From positions 20,648,001 to 20,712,000 of the forward strand of contig NC_086109.1 in assembly GCF_963921235.1 (NCBI RefSeq): a DNA stretch of 64,000 bases. Direction: 5' to 3'. Under the pieces are notes generated by a model. It saw nothing but the letters and a program-made list of their open reading frames with translations. It searched no databases and was not told where the DNA came from. Of this stretch, positions 1-11,994 are shown one piece after another. The position numbers were made by a program, and so were the translations under genes. The first letter of the stretch is position 1. Each line of letters begins with the position of its first letter. The stretch comes from Mobula hypostoma. Lineage: Eukaryota.

Positions 1-357
1 AAAAAACCTTCAAAATACGAAAATGCAACCTGAAACTCATATACCTTTATGCTACAAGTGATTTCCAGTGTAAATTGAGCACCTTTTTAATGCACTATTC
101 AACTTACTGAACTTTCCTCAGCAATACATTAATACAACCTTTAAGCAATTTACAGTTTCACTATTTATAAAATGCAACATTCATTAAGTTCAAGACAGAG
201 ATAAGAATAAGGAGATCACACACTGAAGCAACTGAATTAAAAGAAAAATGGGTTCAACAGTCAAGTGGATCAAAGAGCTTCAAGAGTTTGATGTAGACAA
301 CATAGGAAGAGTGTGTAATTGAAATTAGAGAATCACATTTGGCAGTACAGAACATAC

Positions 358-436
358 TCATTGTTTAATTCCAATGCTTGATACGCTGCTTTCATTCTAG
401 CTTGAGCATTCCTCTCTCGCCAAGCTTTCTGCATCA
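358..436 (-). CDS. ST7L: ST7-family (probably ST7L) coding exon, 79 nt: (V)MQKAWRERNAQARMKAAYQALELNN(D/E)
   Basis: Minus strand reads ttcttaacag|TGATGCAG...AACAATGA|gtatgt. Phase 1 in, phase 2 out. The peptide matches the recalled ST7/ST7L MQKAWRERN block, and KAAYQALELNN is ST7L-type. Confidence 0.93.
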
Positions 437-488
437 CTGTTAAGAAAAACAAATGTCAATAAAATGTTTATTTACATCTGACACTCAC

Positions 489-507
489 CAGCATAGCAGA
501 AGAAAAA
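489..507 (-). other. Candidate 19-nt alternative microexon of the ST7-family gene
   Basis: Minus strand reads long T-rich tract + cttctccctgtccag|TTTTTCTTCTGCTATGCTG|gtgagt. Strong acceptor and consensus donor. Same length mod 3 as the adjacent 79-nt exon. Confidence 0.45.
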
Positions 508-3415
508 CTGGACAGGGAGAAGAAAAAAAAATCACATTATTTAAGCCCTCATTTGATTAGAAAGTCATTAATTCTTTCCAGCTAGAAAAGACAGATGTTC
601 TAAGATGGATAGGTGCAACTCAATAGACAGGAATTTAAAAACTAATACTATTAAAACAATGATTCATGCTGCGTTGCCAACAGCCACATGATCCCAAGGA
701 AACAAGTTTGGAATGTTACACATGGCATCTTAAAAATGCCATCTGACACATCAATAGAAAGATGTCAGTCTAATGCTTCTTCACATGAAACGTGGCAGAT
801 GTTGAAGAAAAATCAAAATGTTTACTCCATCAGCTTTTGTTTGGTGAAAACCTGGACTGTTGCGGTAATTAAGCACTCAAGTGAAGGCACTCCCAAATCC
901 CTGGTTTGTGCTAACTCTGCTGTCGTCAGAAGGGTAGCACATACACAAGTTGGGCTCAGAGTTCCATACTCAAAAGCAAAGGCAAGCCACATCCTGGTGG
1001 GTCTGATGTTTCTCATTTTGACTTCTGGCATTTCACATGTTTAGTGGATGAAAAATAATTTAACCAATGCATGGCAATAGAACTGAACAGACATAAATGT
1101 CCAACACTGAGCATTTACTTTACACTTTGTTTTCCTACTAAAACCATCAATGTAAGTAACCCAAAACAACTACGGTCTCACATCAGTGGCCCTGCAGTGA
1201 CTACAAAGGAAGGATGCAATTACTGTGCTGCAAGGTGACAGGTAATTTCCACTGAAACAATTGACAGAGGGGTTTATACTAGAATATTTTAAAATAAAGT
1301 ACTGACCAATTCCTCACTGATGAAGGTGCAGTCCTTTGTTACACCCATGTCCTGTCTACTTAATCTCAACCATTTGCAAAACTGTCATGAAAATGTTGGA
1401 AAAAAGCTGCAAGGGCTTACCCAATACTTTTTTTCTGTAAGTTTGTAATTAAAGCAGACGGGCGTTTCTATTTGTGCAATTTTTCATTGTCCATGTTCCC
1501 AATTTTTCCCAGCAATGACTATAGCTCAGAACTAACCAATTGTTTTAAAGCATTTTGGGATGGCCTGTCATAAAAGGTGTTTTGCAAATACAAGTTCCAA
1601 AACCACAAGTGACATTTAGAACAGTATGCATCAATTGGAGAAAAGATAATAAGGTTCATGTTAGCACTGTGCTAAATAAAATGGACTACAAGTACAATGA
1701 ACTTCCTCTAGAAATCTATCAAATGGAAGAACTTGGATTCATTGCATGACTTCAGTGCAAAAAGGTCTGATCTTAATGAAGTTACAAGTGCAATCTCTAC
1801 TGAGAATTATGCTCAAGAAATTAACATTTATTTCTCCTTTAACAGATGTTGCCCAACTTGTTGAACCATCAATACTTTGGTTTTATGTTTATTTCATAGT
1901 GAAAAGGAGCAGTAGGCCCTCAGATCCTTCCCACAGATGCCAAAAGTACCCCTAGGTGAAAACACTTCAGGAAACAGGAACAATATGAAAATAATGAAAG
2001 GAAACTCTGACACTAATTACAGAATAATGTTCTGCACATGTACTTAAAGAAATATTTCACCACCAGAAATATATAGTGATTTATCGGGGGGGGGGGGGGG
2101 GGAGACACATTGCTGTCCCAAGAGGCTTCTTTCCCTCTTCTGTCTTGAATTGACTATATGCAAACAGTGCTCTTTTTTCCTGAAGGTGCCAGTATTCACA
2201 GAAGCACTTCGGCAATGTGCCACAAGATCATTGCCCCTTAGAAGGCATCATCCAATCCATTTTCACCTGCCAGATTGCTAGTTACAAATTCAGGCTTACC
2301 AATCCAAAGTAGAGGGAAACATTTGCTGAATTTTCATCAGCCTAATCACTGAGGCCTCGTGCATTGCAGAACATAAATGCTAACTCACAGTAGACACTAG
2401 GAAGTTATATCTTCTTGCAAAGATTTATAATGCAAGAAGCAGAAATACAATTTACATTAGTGATAGGCCATTAGATGGTTTCATCTACTATCTAATTAAG
2501 TCTTCACCATGAATGAAATAGAATCAGCTAACATTGCTAGGAAACAGAGCATACCAAGGAGAAAACTAGATTTAAAAGTGAAAGATTTAACTGACATAAT
2601 TGTTAAACAGAAAAAGGGTGCAAATTTCACTCTGCTTCATAAAAGACTCTGCTAAACTTCCAAAATACAAGGTAATCTGGCAGAAAAGCAACTCAAAGTC
2701 TACATATATCCCCCCTAGGGTATACAAGGAATTTGACTGAAATACTATCTCCTAAGGAGCGATAACTAACACCAGGGTGCTGGTTAGAAAATGGGACACG
2801 AAACAATGTTTATTTAATAAAAAACTAGGCCAAACCCTTACAAATTTCACCTGGCAGTTTGACTTCTTACTGCTAAAAAATTTAAAATGCCCTCAATCAT
2901 AAAGCTTCAGTGAACTGAGTGTAATTGGAATGGGGATGTTAACAAAAGAATGTAATAACAAGTTAATCCAACAGGAACCGAGCCTCGTAATTACATACCT
3001 GAAAGCTTTGATAACCTCCATTAAATGTGCTTGTGCATTGTAATACCTTAAGAGTACGTTTATACTGTAGCTATCTGAACTCAGCAGTCACAGGGTCTGA
3101 TTCGCAAAGAATTTCTCATGTAAAAAGCATGCCAGCACAGGTGTGCATAACTAGTCTAAGATACAGGGATTTTGAAAACCCAGACTCTCACAAGTAATCA
3201 TTTCTTGCATAACACCACTCACACCCAACCAACTCCTAACACATTCGTAAAAAAAAAACAAAGTTAAATGTCTTAATTCAGACTCGAATGGGCTGAATGG
3301 CCACATTCTGCCCCAAAGTCCATGTTTTATGTTTCACAAAAGATGTGTCACAGTGACAGCATTACTGCATCCAAATGCTATCGGATTTCTCTGTTTGCTA
3401 GTACTTCAGACTCAC

Positions 3416-3531
3416 CTGCATCTGCGGGTCTGGCATGATCTGTATCACACGTAAAAAATGTCTGATGATCCTGTGCAGACAGATTCATATCATAATATGT
3501 CAAAGGCTCTCTTCCTGTGACCCATGTGTAT
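3416..3531 (-). CDS. ST7L: ST7-family coding exon, 116 nt: (R)[38 protein letters not shown](V)
   Basis: tttcttaag|ATACACATGG...GATGCAG|gtgagt. Phases match both neighbouring exons. Highly conserved ST7-family peptide. Confidence 0.95.
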
Positions 3532-4587
3532 CTTAAGAAACAAAAGAAATTGGATTATCAAACAGTAAATCCACAAAATAATACTGTGATTGGGCTGCAG
3601 TCAGAAATGTGTCAGCCTCATTCACACATCTGGCTGAAGCCCAAGTGCATCAAAACGTATGAAGACACAAGAGACTGAAGATGCTAGAATCTGGAGCAAA
3701 AAATCCAACTGCTGCAGGAACTCAGCAGGAATCAGGTACAATTACTAGTATAAGAGATTTTACACTGGCAAGTAAATAAGCAAGGAATAGACAGATACAA
3801 TTCCAATATGGGCAAATAGGATTAGTGTTTTTAGGTAAAAACATGGGCATTGACATGGAGGGCTGAACAGCCAGTTTCTGTGTTGTAGTATTCCATCACT
3901 CTGTGCTCATATTCATGTGTACAACATATTAATCCAAAGTTACTGTCAAAATAATTAGCAATGCCTTTAATATCAGTGTCAATTAATGTGCTTTTGGAGT
4001 TGTGCAACATTTCTGTTAAAAACCAAAAGATTCACTTGTCTAATGGTTAAATTCACGCATACATGGCTGAGATACCACACAGGCAAGGAGTAAAATTACC
4101 ACAAATCAAATCCACCAAATATTCCCGGATGCCAGTTCCAACAAGATTACATACGGAGTAAAGATCCCTTTATACCACCTCAAGCACTGACAGGGTAGAT
4201 GACACATTTCAGGCTTTGAATAAATTCCCAAACACACTGAACATTACTAACTTTGTTGGCTGCAAAGCAAAGAATCCATAACAGTAAAAAGTGCCGCTTT
4301 CAGTCATAATTTAGGCACATAGTGGTGGCAATAGGTTTAAGATTCTAAATGAAATATCTGTATGACTTTGGGGTCTCAATAGCATGAACTATAGAAACTC
4401 TTTGCTCATGCACAAGTACAATACTCGACAGCACTAACCATTGTAAAAGTTTCAACAGCTTTATTTTCAGTGAAGAGGAAGCACTGCAACGTCTCTCATT
4501 CTCTCTCCATCCACTTCATCCCCACAAATGCGCGCACACACACGCAAATTTTGCATTAAACACCATTTTTAGTCAATATTGACATAC

Positions 4588-4642
4588 CTGTTGTACTCAG
4601 CTCCTCTAAATAGGTTCAGTGGGTTTCTCCATACCTTACATT
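4588..4642 (-). CDS. ST7L: ST7-family coding exon, 55 nt: (E)CKVWRNPLNLFRGAEYN(R)
   Basis: ctggcag|AATGTAAG...TACAACAG|gtatgt. Phase 1 in, phase 2 out. Conserved ST7-family motif. Confidence 0.95.
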
Positions 4643-5959
4643 CTGCCAGGACAAATTTTCAAACATTAATTAATGGTAAAAGAATGGACAAGAATTTGAT
4701 CTAAAATGTTGAAAGATGAACGCATTTCTGAACAAGACTGGTTGGTGCAGCAGAGTGTTAAGTAAGAGGCCTTTCACCTCTTCAACTTGAGCAGAAATAA
4801 TTTTAATGAATGAACAGAGGAAATAAAACATCTTCTATCAGGTGGCTGTTAAAGCCCAGGGTAACCTAAATCTATACTTAATCCAAAGTGTTTTTCAATG
4901 ACAAGACCAATTGTACTTGTATGTACGCTGCCCATATAGTCACAAAATGTCCCCAGGTTAACATGAGTATGATGTCCAATGATGACAATGATTCAAAGGG
5001 GGATTTGTGCCAGAGAATAAGAACTCCTAAAACAAATCTTAAAACCTGCATGAGGGGAAGTGGGAGAAAGAGAAAGGTTTCATGGAGATGGAGGAGTTCC
5101 AGAGGGAATTTTATTTCCTTGTTCGTGCCGTGTGGACATTGCTGTCAATACCAGAATTTTTGGGCATCCTTTGTTAACTCTTAACTGTTTCTTCAGTGTA
5201 GTGGCATTCTCGCAGGTGGTGCTGGAACCACATATATGCCAGACTGGGTTTAGGACTGCAAATCTTTTGCCATTGGGAAAGCAAATGGAGTTTCATAGCA
5301 ACTGGTAGCTTTGTGGCTCCATTGATATTATCTTTAATAATTACTTAATTACTTGCAATTAAATTCTATGACTAAGTTGTGATCTGAAATCTAGCCCAGT
5401 AAAGTACCCACCATGCTACCCCAAATGAACAGTGCCAAGTGAAAATATATTTAGTAAAGATGCAGTTAGGGTCAGCTTGTGGTGAGATTGGTGCTATGTT
5501 TAACCATAAGGAAATAACTTCTAGGACTCAAGAGTCTTGGTTCCCCAGGTCCTAACTTTGCCTGCTCATGGTTGATGAGACATTGTCAATCCCTGAATGG
5601 GACAGTGAATGTGAGGACATTGGTAGCTGCAGCCAACAAGCACAAACTCATTTAGAGGAAGTTAGTTCAAGAACTTTTAAAAAAACACATTAGTACAAAA
5701 AGAGATTAAATTTTATGATCAAAACAGATTAGATTGAAGGGTGATAATCAAACTAAATATCAAAATGGAAATTACAAAAATTCTCCAGCACTCAGTGCTC
5801 AAATTTGACAATAGTGGCCAAAGATGGAAGACATTGATGTTTACTTTGCTTCTTTTATTCTCTGTTATGACCATGCAAAAATTAATGGTTAATAGTTAAT
5901 TTATCTCAAAAGCAGATTAATGCTTAGATATATACATTAAAATATAGTGAGCCTCACAT

Positions 5960-6730
5960 CAAGATCGCTCTATCTGCCAAAAGTGGAATTTCCCAGTGGG
6001 CAACCATTTTAATTCCTATCCAATTCCAGTTCCAACACGTTGTTCCATGGTCTCCTCTTTTGCCACGACAAGGCCACTCTCAGGGTGGAGGAACAACACC
6101 TCATATTCCATTGATGATAATAAGCATCAATTTCTCCTTTTGGTAGTTCTTTTTCCTCATCCTTCCTTCTTCTTCTAGTCTACACTCTGGTCTCTTAGCT
6201 CTTTTCCTCCTGCCTATCACCTTCCCCGGTGCCCTCCTTCCCTCCTCCCATTGCCTACAAGACCACAAGATATAGCAGCAGAATTAGGCCATGTGGCCCA
6301 TCAATACTGCTTTGCCATTTCATCATGGCTGATCCACTTTCTTACTCAGCCTCAATTTCCTGCCTTCTCCGTGTATCCTTTCAGCTCTGACTAATCGAGA
6401 ATCTATCAACCTCTGCCTTAAATATACCCAAATGACTTGGCCTCCACAGGTGCCTTTGGCAACAAACAGTCCACCCTCCTATCAGATTCCTTCATCTCCA
6501 GCTCTTTACCTTTCCATCCCACCTGGCTTCACCAATCACCTCCTGGCAATCCTCCCTTCACCTTCTTACTCTGGCATCTTCCTCCTTCCTTTCCAGTCTT
6601 GAAGAAGTGTCTCAGCCAAAACATCGACTGTTTATTCATTTCCATAGAGGCTGCCTGACCTGCTGAGTTCCTCGAGCATTTTGTGTGTGTTGCTCTGGAT
6701 TTCCAGTGCCTGCAGAATCTCTTGTGTCCA
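5960..6730 (+). mobile_element. Degenerate Penelope-like 3' fragment, interrupted by a minus-strand CR1 3' tail (about 6257-6465)
   Basis: Similar to 23115-23865 (gccactctcagggtggaggaacaacacctcatattcc, pyrimidine-rich stretch, gctgcctgacctgctgagttcctc tail). The insert resembles the CR1 tail at 24730-24920. Confidence 0.7.
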
Positions 6731-7544
6731 TGTCCAACCAGTCCTCAATCTATGGACATTTATTTAAAGTGTTAAGAAGGGAATTAGAGGCTAAACATGA
6801 CTTTTGTTTCCTTTTTCATACCATATAACTGAAAAGACAGTTAACAGTGAATCAGACTGGTGGGGCTAGAGACACACATTTGCCAAACTTATCTATTTGC
6901 AATACTACACGAGCAGTGCTGTGATGCAATTCATCTTGCTCCACTCGTGCCTTTCCCACTGTATTTCCACAAAGCAATGCACTCTGCCAATTGTTCCTTC
7001 TCACCTGCAAATGTGCTGCCATAGCTCTGGATTTCCAAGCATCTCCTCTTCCCAGCTATCCTAATATCCTACATCAAAGTACTCTCCTGCAACAGCAGCA
7101 TGTGAGATAATGATCCTATTAAATGAAGTGCTGGGGTTCAGCAGCTTCTCATAATATCCAACTCTTTTTATAGCATATAGAGAAGAGGGAATTACCTCAT
7201 GTTCTATGTTAAAATTTACATGTATGGGTAAACGGACAAAATTGCAGTTGAAAAATGTGCTGTTCCGGGGTCCGTTGATTAACAGTCTCATGCAGCACAT
7301 GGAACAAATCAATGTACAACAACCTTTTAGCATGCTTAAGAGACTCAAATTATATCCAGGACCAAAGCACTGGGGGCTATTTTATAATAAAAGACCTACT
7401 ATAAACTACAAAATACTTTTTCTAAGGGCTCTTAATGCAGCAGATTATTATAGTGGGTCGAGAATCTGTACTCGATTTTCATTAAGGAGTCAGGAGAATG
7501 ATTTTAACTAGATTTATTAATATAAACCTGTCAGAGGTTGTAAC

Positions 7545-7770
7545 ATATAGACAATTCTATGCTGGTACTCCCAACATTCAGGGATGATTTCATAATGAAA
7601 TTCCCAATAAACAGGATGATTCTACAATAGCTTTCCCAACATATAGGAATGATACAAAAACAACATTCTTAGTAAAGTGATATAATTCCATTATGGCATT
7701 CCCAATGCAGGATTTTCCTTTTGAGATTCCAATAGAAGGTGATATTGTAAGGGTATTTCCTGTATCAGGC
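7545..7770. repeat. Degenerate tandem repeat, about 30-33 bp period
   Basis: Recurring ttcccaa...aggatgatt-like unit, roughly 6-7 decayed copies. Confidence 0.5.
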
Positions 7771-7830
7771 TCAGATTCTTTTCAATTTATAAAACTGTTC
7801 TTTGCTGCACAAAAATAATCAAGAATTTAC

Positions 7831-7993
7831 CTGAAACATTTTGCCTATTCGACTCAGCTTCTCCATTGCTGGCAGTAAAATTGATTGTAGGCGTGTTATT
7901 ATCCACTGCGCCAAGAAGTGGCCGCAAATGGCTCACAGAGACCTGCTCAATGAAGGACGTGCCGTATTTCCGAAAATACCACCATTCAAAAAT
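7831..7993 (-). CDS. ST7L: ST7-family coding exon, 163 nt: [54 protein letters not shown](E)
   Basis: Lies within ORF 7787..8014. ctgtttcag|ATTTTT...TCAG|gtaaat. Phase 0 in, phase 1 out. Confidence 0.95.
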
Positions 7994-8091
7994 CTGAAAC
8001 AGTAAATCAGACATACAGAGGCAGAGAATTTATTAGACTGCTAATCCTCTTGCATATTTTTAGCCAAGTGACATTACTTGTTAAGTGCCTG

Positions 8092-8330
8092 GTGTCAGCT
8101 GTGACTCAGTTGGTTACTCTGTCATTTTGGGGTTAAAAAATCATAGGTGCAAGTACACAATATTGGAGTACCCTCCAGTGTAATCTCAACAATTGCAGCA
8201 TTGTTGCAGGTGTCATCTTTCAGCTGGTAACTTAAACCTATTTGTTCTCATAGGTGAGCACCGCAAAGACAAGCATGTGATTCTTCGCTGGTGCATTTAC
8301 CTTCAAATCACTTGCCCCCTTTTATTGCAT
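8092..8330 (+). mobile_element. Old Deu-domain SINE remnant (SacSINE1/DeuSINE-like)
   Basis: tRNA-like head (gctgtgactcagttggt) followed by tgcagcattgttgcaggtgtcatctttcag...ttaaacc, resembling the recalled Deu domain. Confidence 0.45.
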
Positions 8331-8451
8331 CTCCCTCCATTAGGACTGTGCAAGAAATAGAGAATGTTTGAAATTTTAGTCACAGTCCTGAAGTTGTAAA
8401 ATATTCTATTTAATACAAGTGATTTGGGGGTATTTCTCTGTAAGTTCAGAA

Positions 8452-8785
8452 AATCAGATTTAATATCACCGGCATACGTCATGAAATTCATTAACTTTAC
8501 AGCAGCAGAACAATGAAATACATAATATAGAGAAAAACTGAATTACAGTATACAGTAATATTTATTAGGCAAGTTAATATAAGTAGTGCAAAAAAAGCAG
8601 AAATGAAAAAGGTAGTGAGGTAGTATTCATGGGTTCGATGTCCATTTAGAAATCGGATGGCAGAGGGGAAGAAGCTGTTCCTGAATCACTGAGTGTGTGC
8701 CTTCAGGCTTCTGTACCTCCTTCCTGATGGTAACAATGAGGAAGAGGGCATGTCCTGGGTGATGGGGGTCCTTAATAATGGAAAT
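8452..8785 (-). mobile_element. Rex1/Babar-like LINE 3' fragment
   Basis: Reverse complement of the 3' part of 11265-11992 (aacagcttcttcccctctgccatc; gataataaa...gattctga tail). Confidence 0.75.
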
Positions 8786-8918
8786 GTATTGGTTATATTA
8801 GTTTTTTTTTCCCCCAGTCAGGAAAAGGAGTCTGATGGCATACATTTACTCATCTCTCAGCAATACCAGGCTTACTGTAACTGAAGAATGAGTCTTTCCA
8901 GTGAAATAGAATAAAAGG

Positions 8919-9618
8919 TGTAAGGGGGTTTCGACTTTTATGTTACTGCGGAGGCTAATTAAAATGGCATCTTTGTTATGTTAATCTGGGGAATGCGGCT
9001 TTGTTGTGTTAAACGCTGAGTAAGTTTGCGCTAGCAGCTTGTTTTCGTTTAGAGTGTGATAAGAAATACATTATTAACCAATTGGGATAGTTGTTACTTT
9101 TTTGGTTTATTTGAAGATACTGTATGCACGGGGTTTTGGGGCAGAAGGAGGGAGAGCGAGACAGAGGATGGACGAGGTGCTGTGATGTCCGCTAATGGGG
9201 TTGGACCCCGAGGAGGGCATTCAGCGAGGAGACGGAGACAGACTCGTGTGGAGCGTCTGGTCGACCACCGTTGATGGTCCCAGGCGGCCGGTCGAGGTGG
9301 TCCGAGGGGTCGCAGGGTGAAGAAGAAGGTCCTTGAGCTCCAACTGTTTTGTGCACGAAGAGATTGAACTTTGATAAGTGTGGCGCCTTTTATTTTCCTT
9401 TTATATTTTATTCTCTATTAATTATATAGTTCCAGTAATATCTATAAACTGTAAATCATTTAATCGTATCTGGTGTATTGTCTGTTATTTGGGTGGGGTG
9501 GGGTACCTCACACAGCATCCACACAAACGAATTATCCAGTTTGGCGGGGCCGAGGCTGTTTCCCCAGACGACAGCAAGCCGAGCGACCCTGAGGGTGGCC
9601 GGGGGGGGGGGGGCTACA
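8919..9618 (+). repeat. 5' LTR (700 bp) of the Gypsy element
   Basis: Starts TGTAAGGG and ends GGGCTACA. Its last ~170 bp are repeated at 11047-11215. Confidence 0.85.
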
Positions 9619-9621
9619 TTG

Positions 9622-9639
9622 TGGGGGTTCGTCCGGGAC
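9622..9639 (+). other. Primer-binding site, tRNA-Pro-like
   Basis: TGGGGGTTCGTCCGGGAC, 3 nt after the LTR. Differs at two positions from the canonical tRNA-Pro PBS TGGGGGCTCGTCCGGGAT. Confidence 0.8.
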
Positions 9640-11044
9640 TGAGTCTGCTGGTATGCTGTGTGGGTGCCCTGTTTAAATCTGTAATGTGTGTCTCTGTGGG
9701 TTATTTGCTGGTGATTGCTGTATGCGTGGTGGGTGAGGTCTTTGTTCGAGTTCAGACTAGCACTGACGAATTGGAGGTGACACTCGGGGCTGTCCATGCG
9801 GTTGGGAGAGAGAAGAAAGAGTGGTCTGATTTGGAGGTAGGGTCTGCGAATAAATGTTCTAGCTCTGGCAGGCTCCACCCGGCACTTGGGATAGTGTCCA
9901 CCTCAAGAGGGGCGGAGATGTGTGAGACGTGGGCGGAGCATATCTCGCAGTCGTTAGATGAGTGGCAGAGCTCGGTTGAGGGAGAGCGACAGGGATTGGT
10001 TGAAAGTTTGAGTAGGCGGGCTAGTGACGGTGTTAGAACTGTCAGGCTCACTTACACCGTAGAGACAGCTGTCAGTTATTTGAAAGAGGGGGGAAAGTTT
10101 TCAGTGTGTCTTCTCTGGCTAGGAGGGCGGCTAAATTGCTTGCAGTGCCAGGGGGATCATTTCAGGGGATCAGTTGTTCAGCTGATCAGAGAGGTGTCGG
10201 GAAACTTAGTGGAGGCCCAGTGGGGGAACGGCTTGGGGTCTCTGGGGAAGCAGGTTCCCAGCAATGTACCGATGAACTTCCGAAAGGAAAAGACCCTATT
10301 CCTGAAGGCTTAGAGGGGCCACGCCCCAGGGTGTCGCTATGGATAGAGGGAAGCGATGCTAAAGCTATCCTCGACCCCGGGGCACAGATCAAGTTGTTGT
10401 ACAGTTTGTTTTACAACCGGTGTCTGAAGCATTTACCCTTGACTGGAGACTTTGGGTACTAGTGGCAGTAGTTATCCAGAAGACGATGATTGGTTAATGA
10501 CCCTGGAAGTCATGGAGGCATTTTCTGGGCACCCAGCGTGTCAAGTTGCTTCTGAGAGCGCGTGTAGCAGCCTTGAGCCAGTACCGAATTTAAACGAGAC
10601 CCAGCGGTGGTACGGCTTGGGGAAAGTAGCTGAGGGTGAGACCCTCTTAGTAGATGCTCCGAACTACCACGAGGGAGGGGAGATGACCACTGAAGACACC
10701 TCAGTGAGAGAGAGGTCGCGGCAACTGGACCCTAGCAACGTGAAAGATGAAGGCAGCATGTGTGGGGATGATGCGATGTGGTTTAATGTGCTGCATCTGA
10801 GGGGTGGATGTTGCCAGATCCTGAGGAGTGCGGCTGTTAAGCCGAAGACGGCCGTTACTAGTTCCCTAGGATTCTTCCGATCCGAAAAGATGCCCAAGGG
10901 CATATCCGGAGCCCCTGCATCCTTCCCGCGGGGCAAGAGGAAGACCATGGGAGAAGTGAAGGTGTGTGTGGAGTTTTGACGTATGTGGATGAACCGCCTC
11001 GAGCTTGGATTCGCCTGGGGGGACTATGAGGCGAGGCGAGTGGC

Positions 11045-11215
11045 TGTAAACTGTAAATCATTTAATCGTATCTGGTGTATTGTCTGTTATTTGGGCGGGG
11101 TGGGGTACCTCACACAGCGTCCACACAAATGAATTATCCAGTTTGGCGGGGCCGAGGCTGTTTCCCTAGACGACAGCGAGCCAAGCGACCCTGAGGGTGG
11201 CCGGGGGGGGCTACA
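11045..11215 (+). repeat. Internally deleted 3' LTR (171 bp)
   Basis: Begins TGTAA after a purine-rich tract, then matches about 9445-9618. Ends CTACA followed by the TSD. Confidence 0.85.
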
Positions 11216-11264
11216 AAGGTATTTTAATTCAGCTTGCAGCATCATACAACTGAGGAACACATAC

Positions 11265-11992
11265 CAATCCTCAGAGGGATCAGAAGTGGAGAGGGTGAGC
11301 AGCTTCAAGTTCCTGTGTGTCAAGATCTCTGAGGATTTAACCTGGTCCCAACATATCAATGTAGTTATAAAGAAGGCAAGACAGTGGCTATACTTCATTA
11401 GGAGTTTAAAGAGACTTCACATGTCAACAAATACACTCAAAAACTTCTATAGATGTACCGTGGAGAACATTCTGACAGGCTACCTGACTGCCTGGTATTG
11501 GGGTGGTGGGGAGGGCGGTGAAGGAAGCTACTACTACACAGGACTGGAAGAAGCTGCAGAGGGTTGTAAATCTAGTCGGCCCATCTTGGGTACCAGTCTA
11601 CAAAGTACCCAGGAAATCTTCAGGGAGTGGTGTCTCAGAAAGGCAGCATCCATTATTAAGGACTGCCACCACCTAGGGCTTGCCTTTTCTCATTGTTACC
11701 ATCAGGTAGGAGGTACAGAAGCCTGAAGGCGATTCAGGAACAGCTTCTTCCCCTCTGCCATCAAATTCCTAAATGGATATTGAACCCTTGGACACTATCT
11801 CACTTTTTAAAAAAATATATAGTATTTCTGTTTTTTAAACTTTTTTAATCTATTCAATATACGTGTACTATAATTGATCTACTTATTTATTATTATATTG
11901 ATTTTTTTCTCTTCTATATTATGTCTTGCATTGAACTGTTGCCAAGTTAACAAATTTCACACCACATGCCGGTGATAATAAACCCGATTCTG
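11265..11992 (+). mobile_element. Rex1/Babar-like LINE 3' fragment
   Basis: ORF 11286..11726 (ERVSSFKFLCVKISEDLTWSQH...KKARQWLYFIRSLK...FYRCTVE) is typical of the post-RT region. Tail ends gataataaacccgattctga. Confidence 0.85.
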
Positions 11993-11994
11993 AA

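Larger units (their letters stand above)
8919..11215 (+). mobile_element. Non-autonomous Gypsy (Ty3) LTR retrotransposon with PNMA-like gag and protease remnants
   Basis: TG...CA ends and 4-bp TSD AAGG (8915-8918, 11216-11219). 5' LTR 8919-9618, PBS at 9622. Gag-like ETWAEHISQSLDEWQ...GLVESL and protease-like AILDPGAQI. Shortened 3' LTR 11045-11215. No recognisable RT or integrase. Confidence 0.88.

Noticed and set aside
688..1044. 118-aa plus-strand ORF and other short ORFs in unique intronic DNA
   Set aside because: No recognisable motifs or splice context. Lengths are compatible with chance.
2086..2102. Poly-G run as a functional G-quadruplex
   Set aside because: Isolated homopolymer with no supporting context. 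Similar runs occur inside repeats elsewhere in the window.
9378..10979. 311-aa and 175-aa ORFs as host genes or a domesticated PNMA
   Set aside because: The first starts inside the LTR. Gag and protease motifs are fragmentary and split across frames within a TSD-bounded element.
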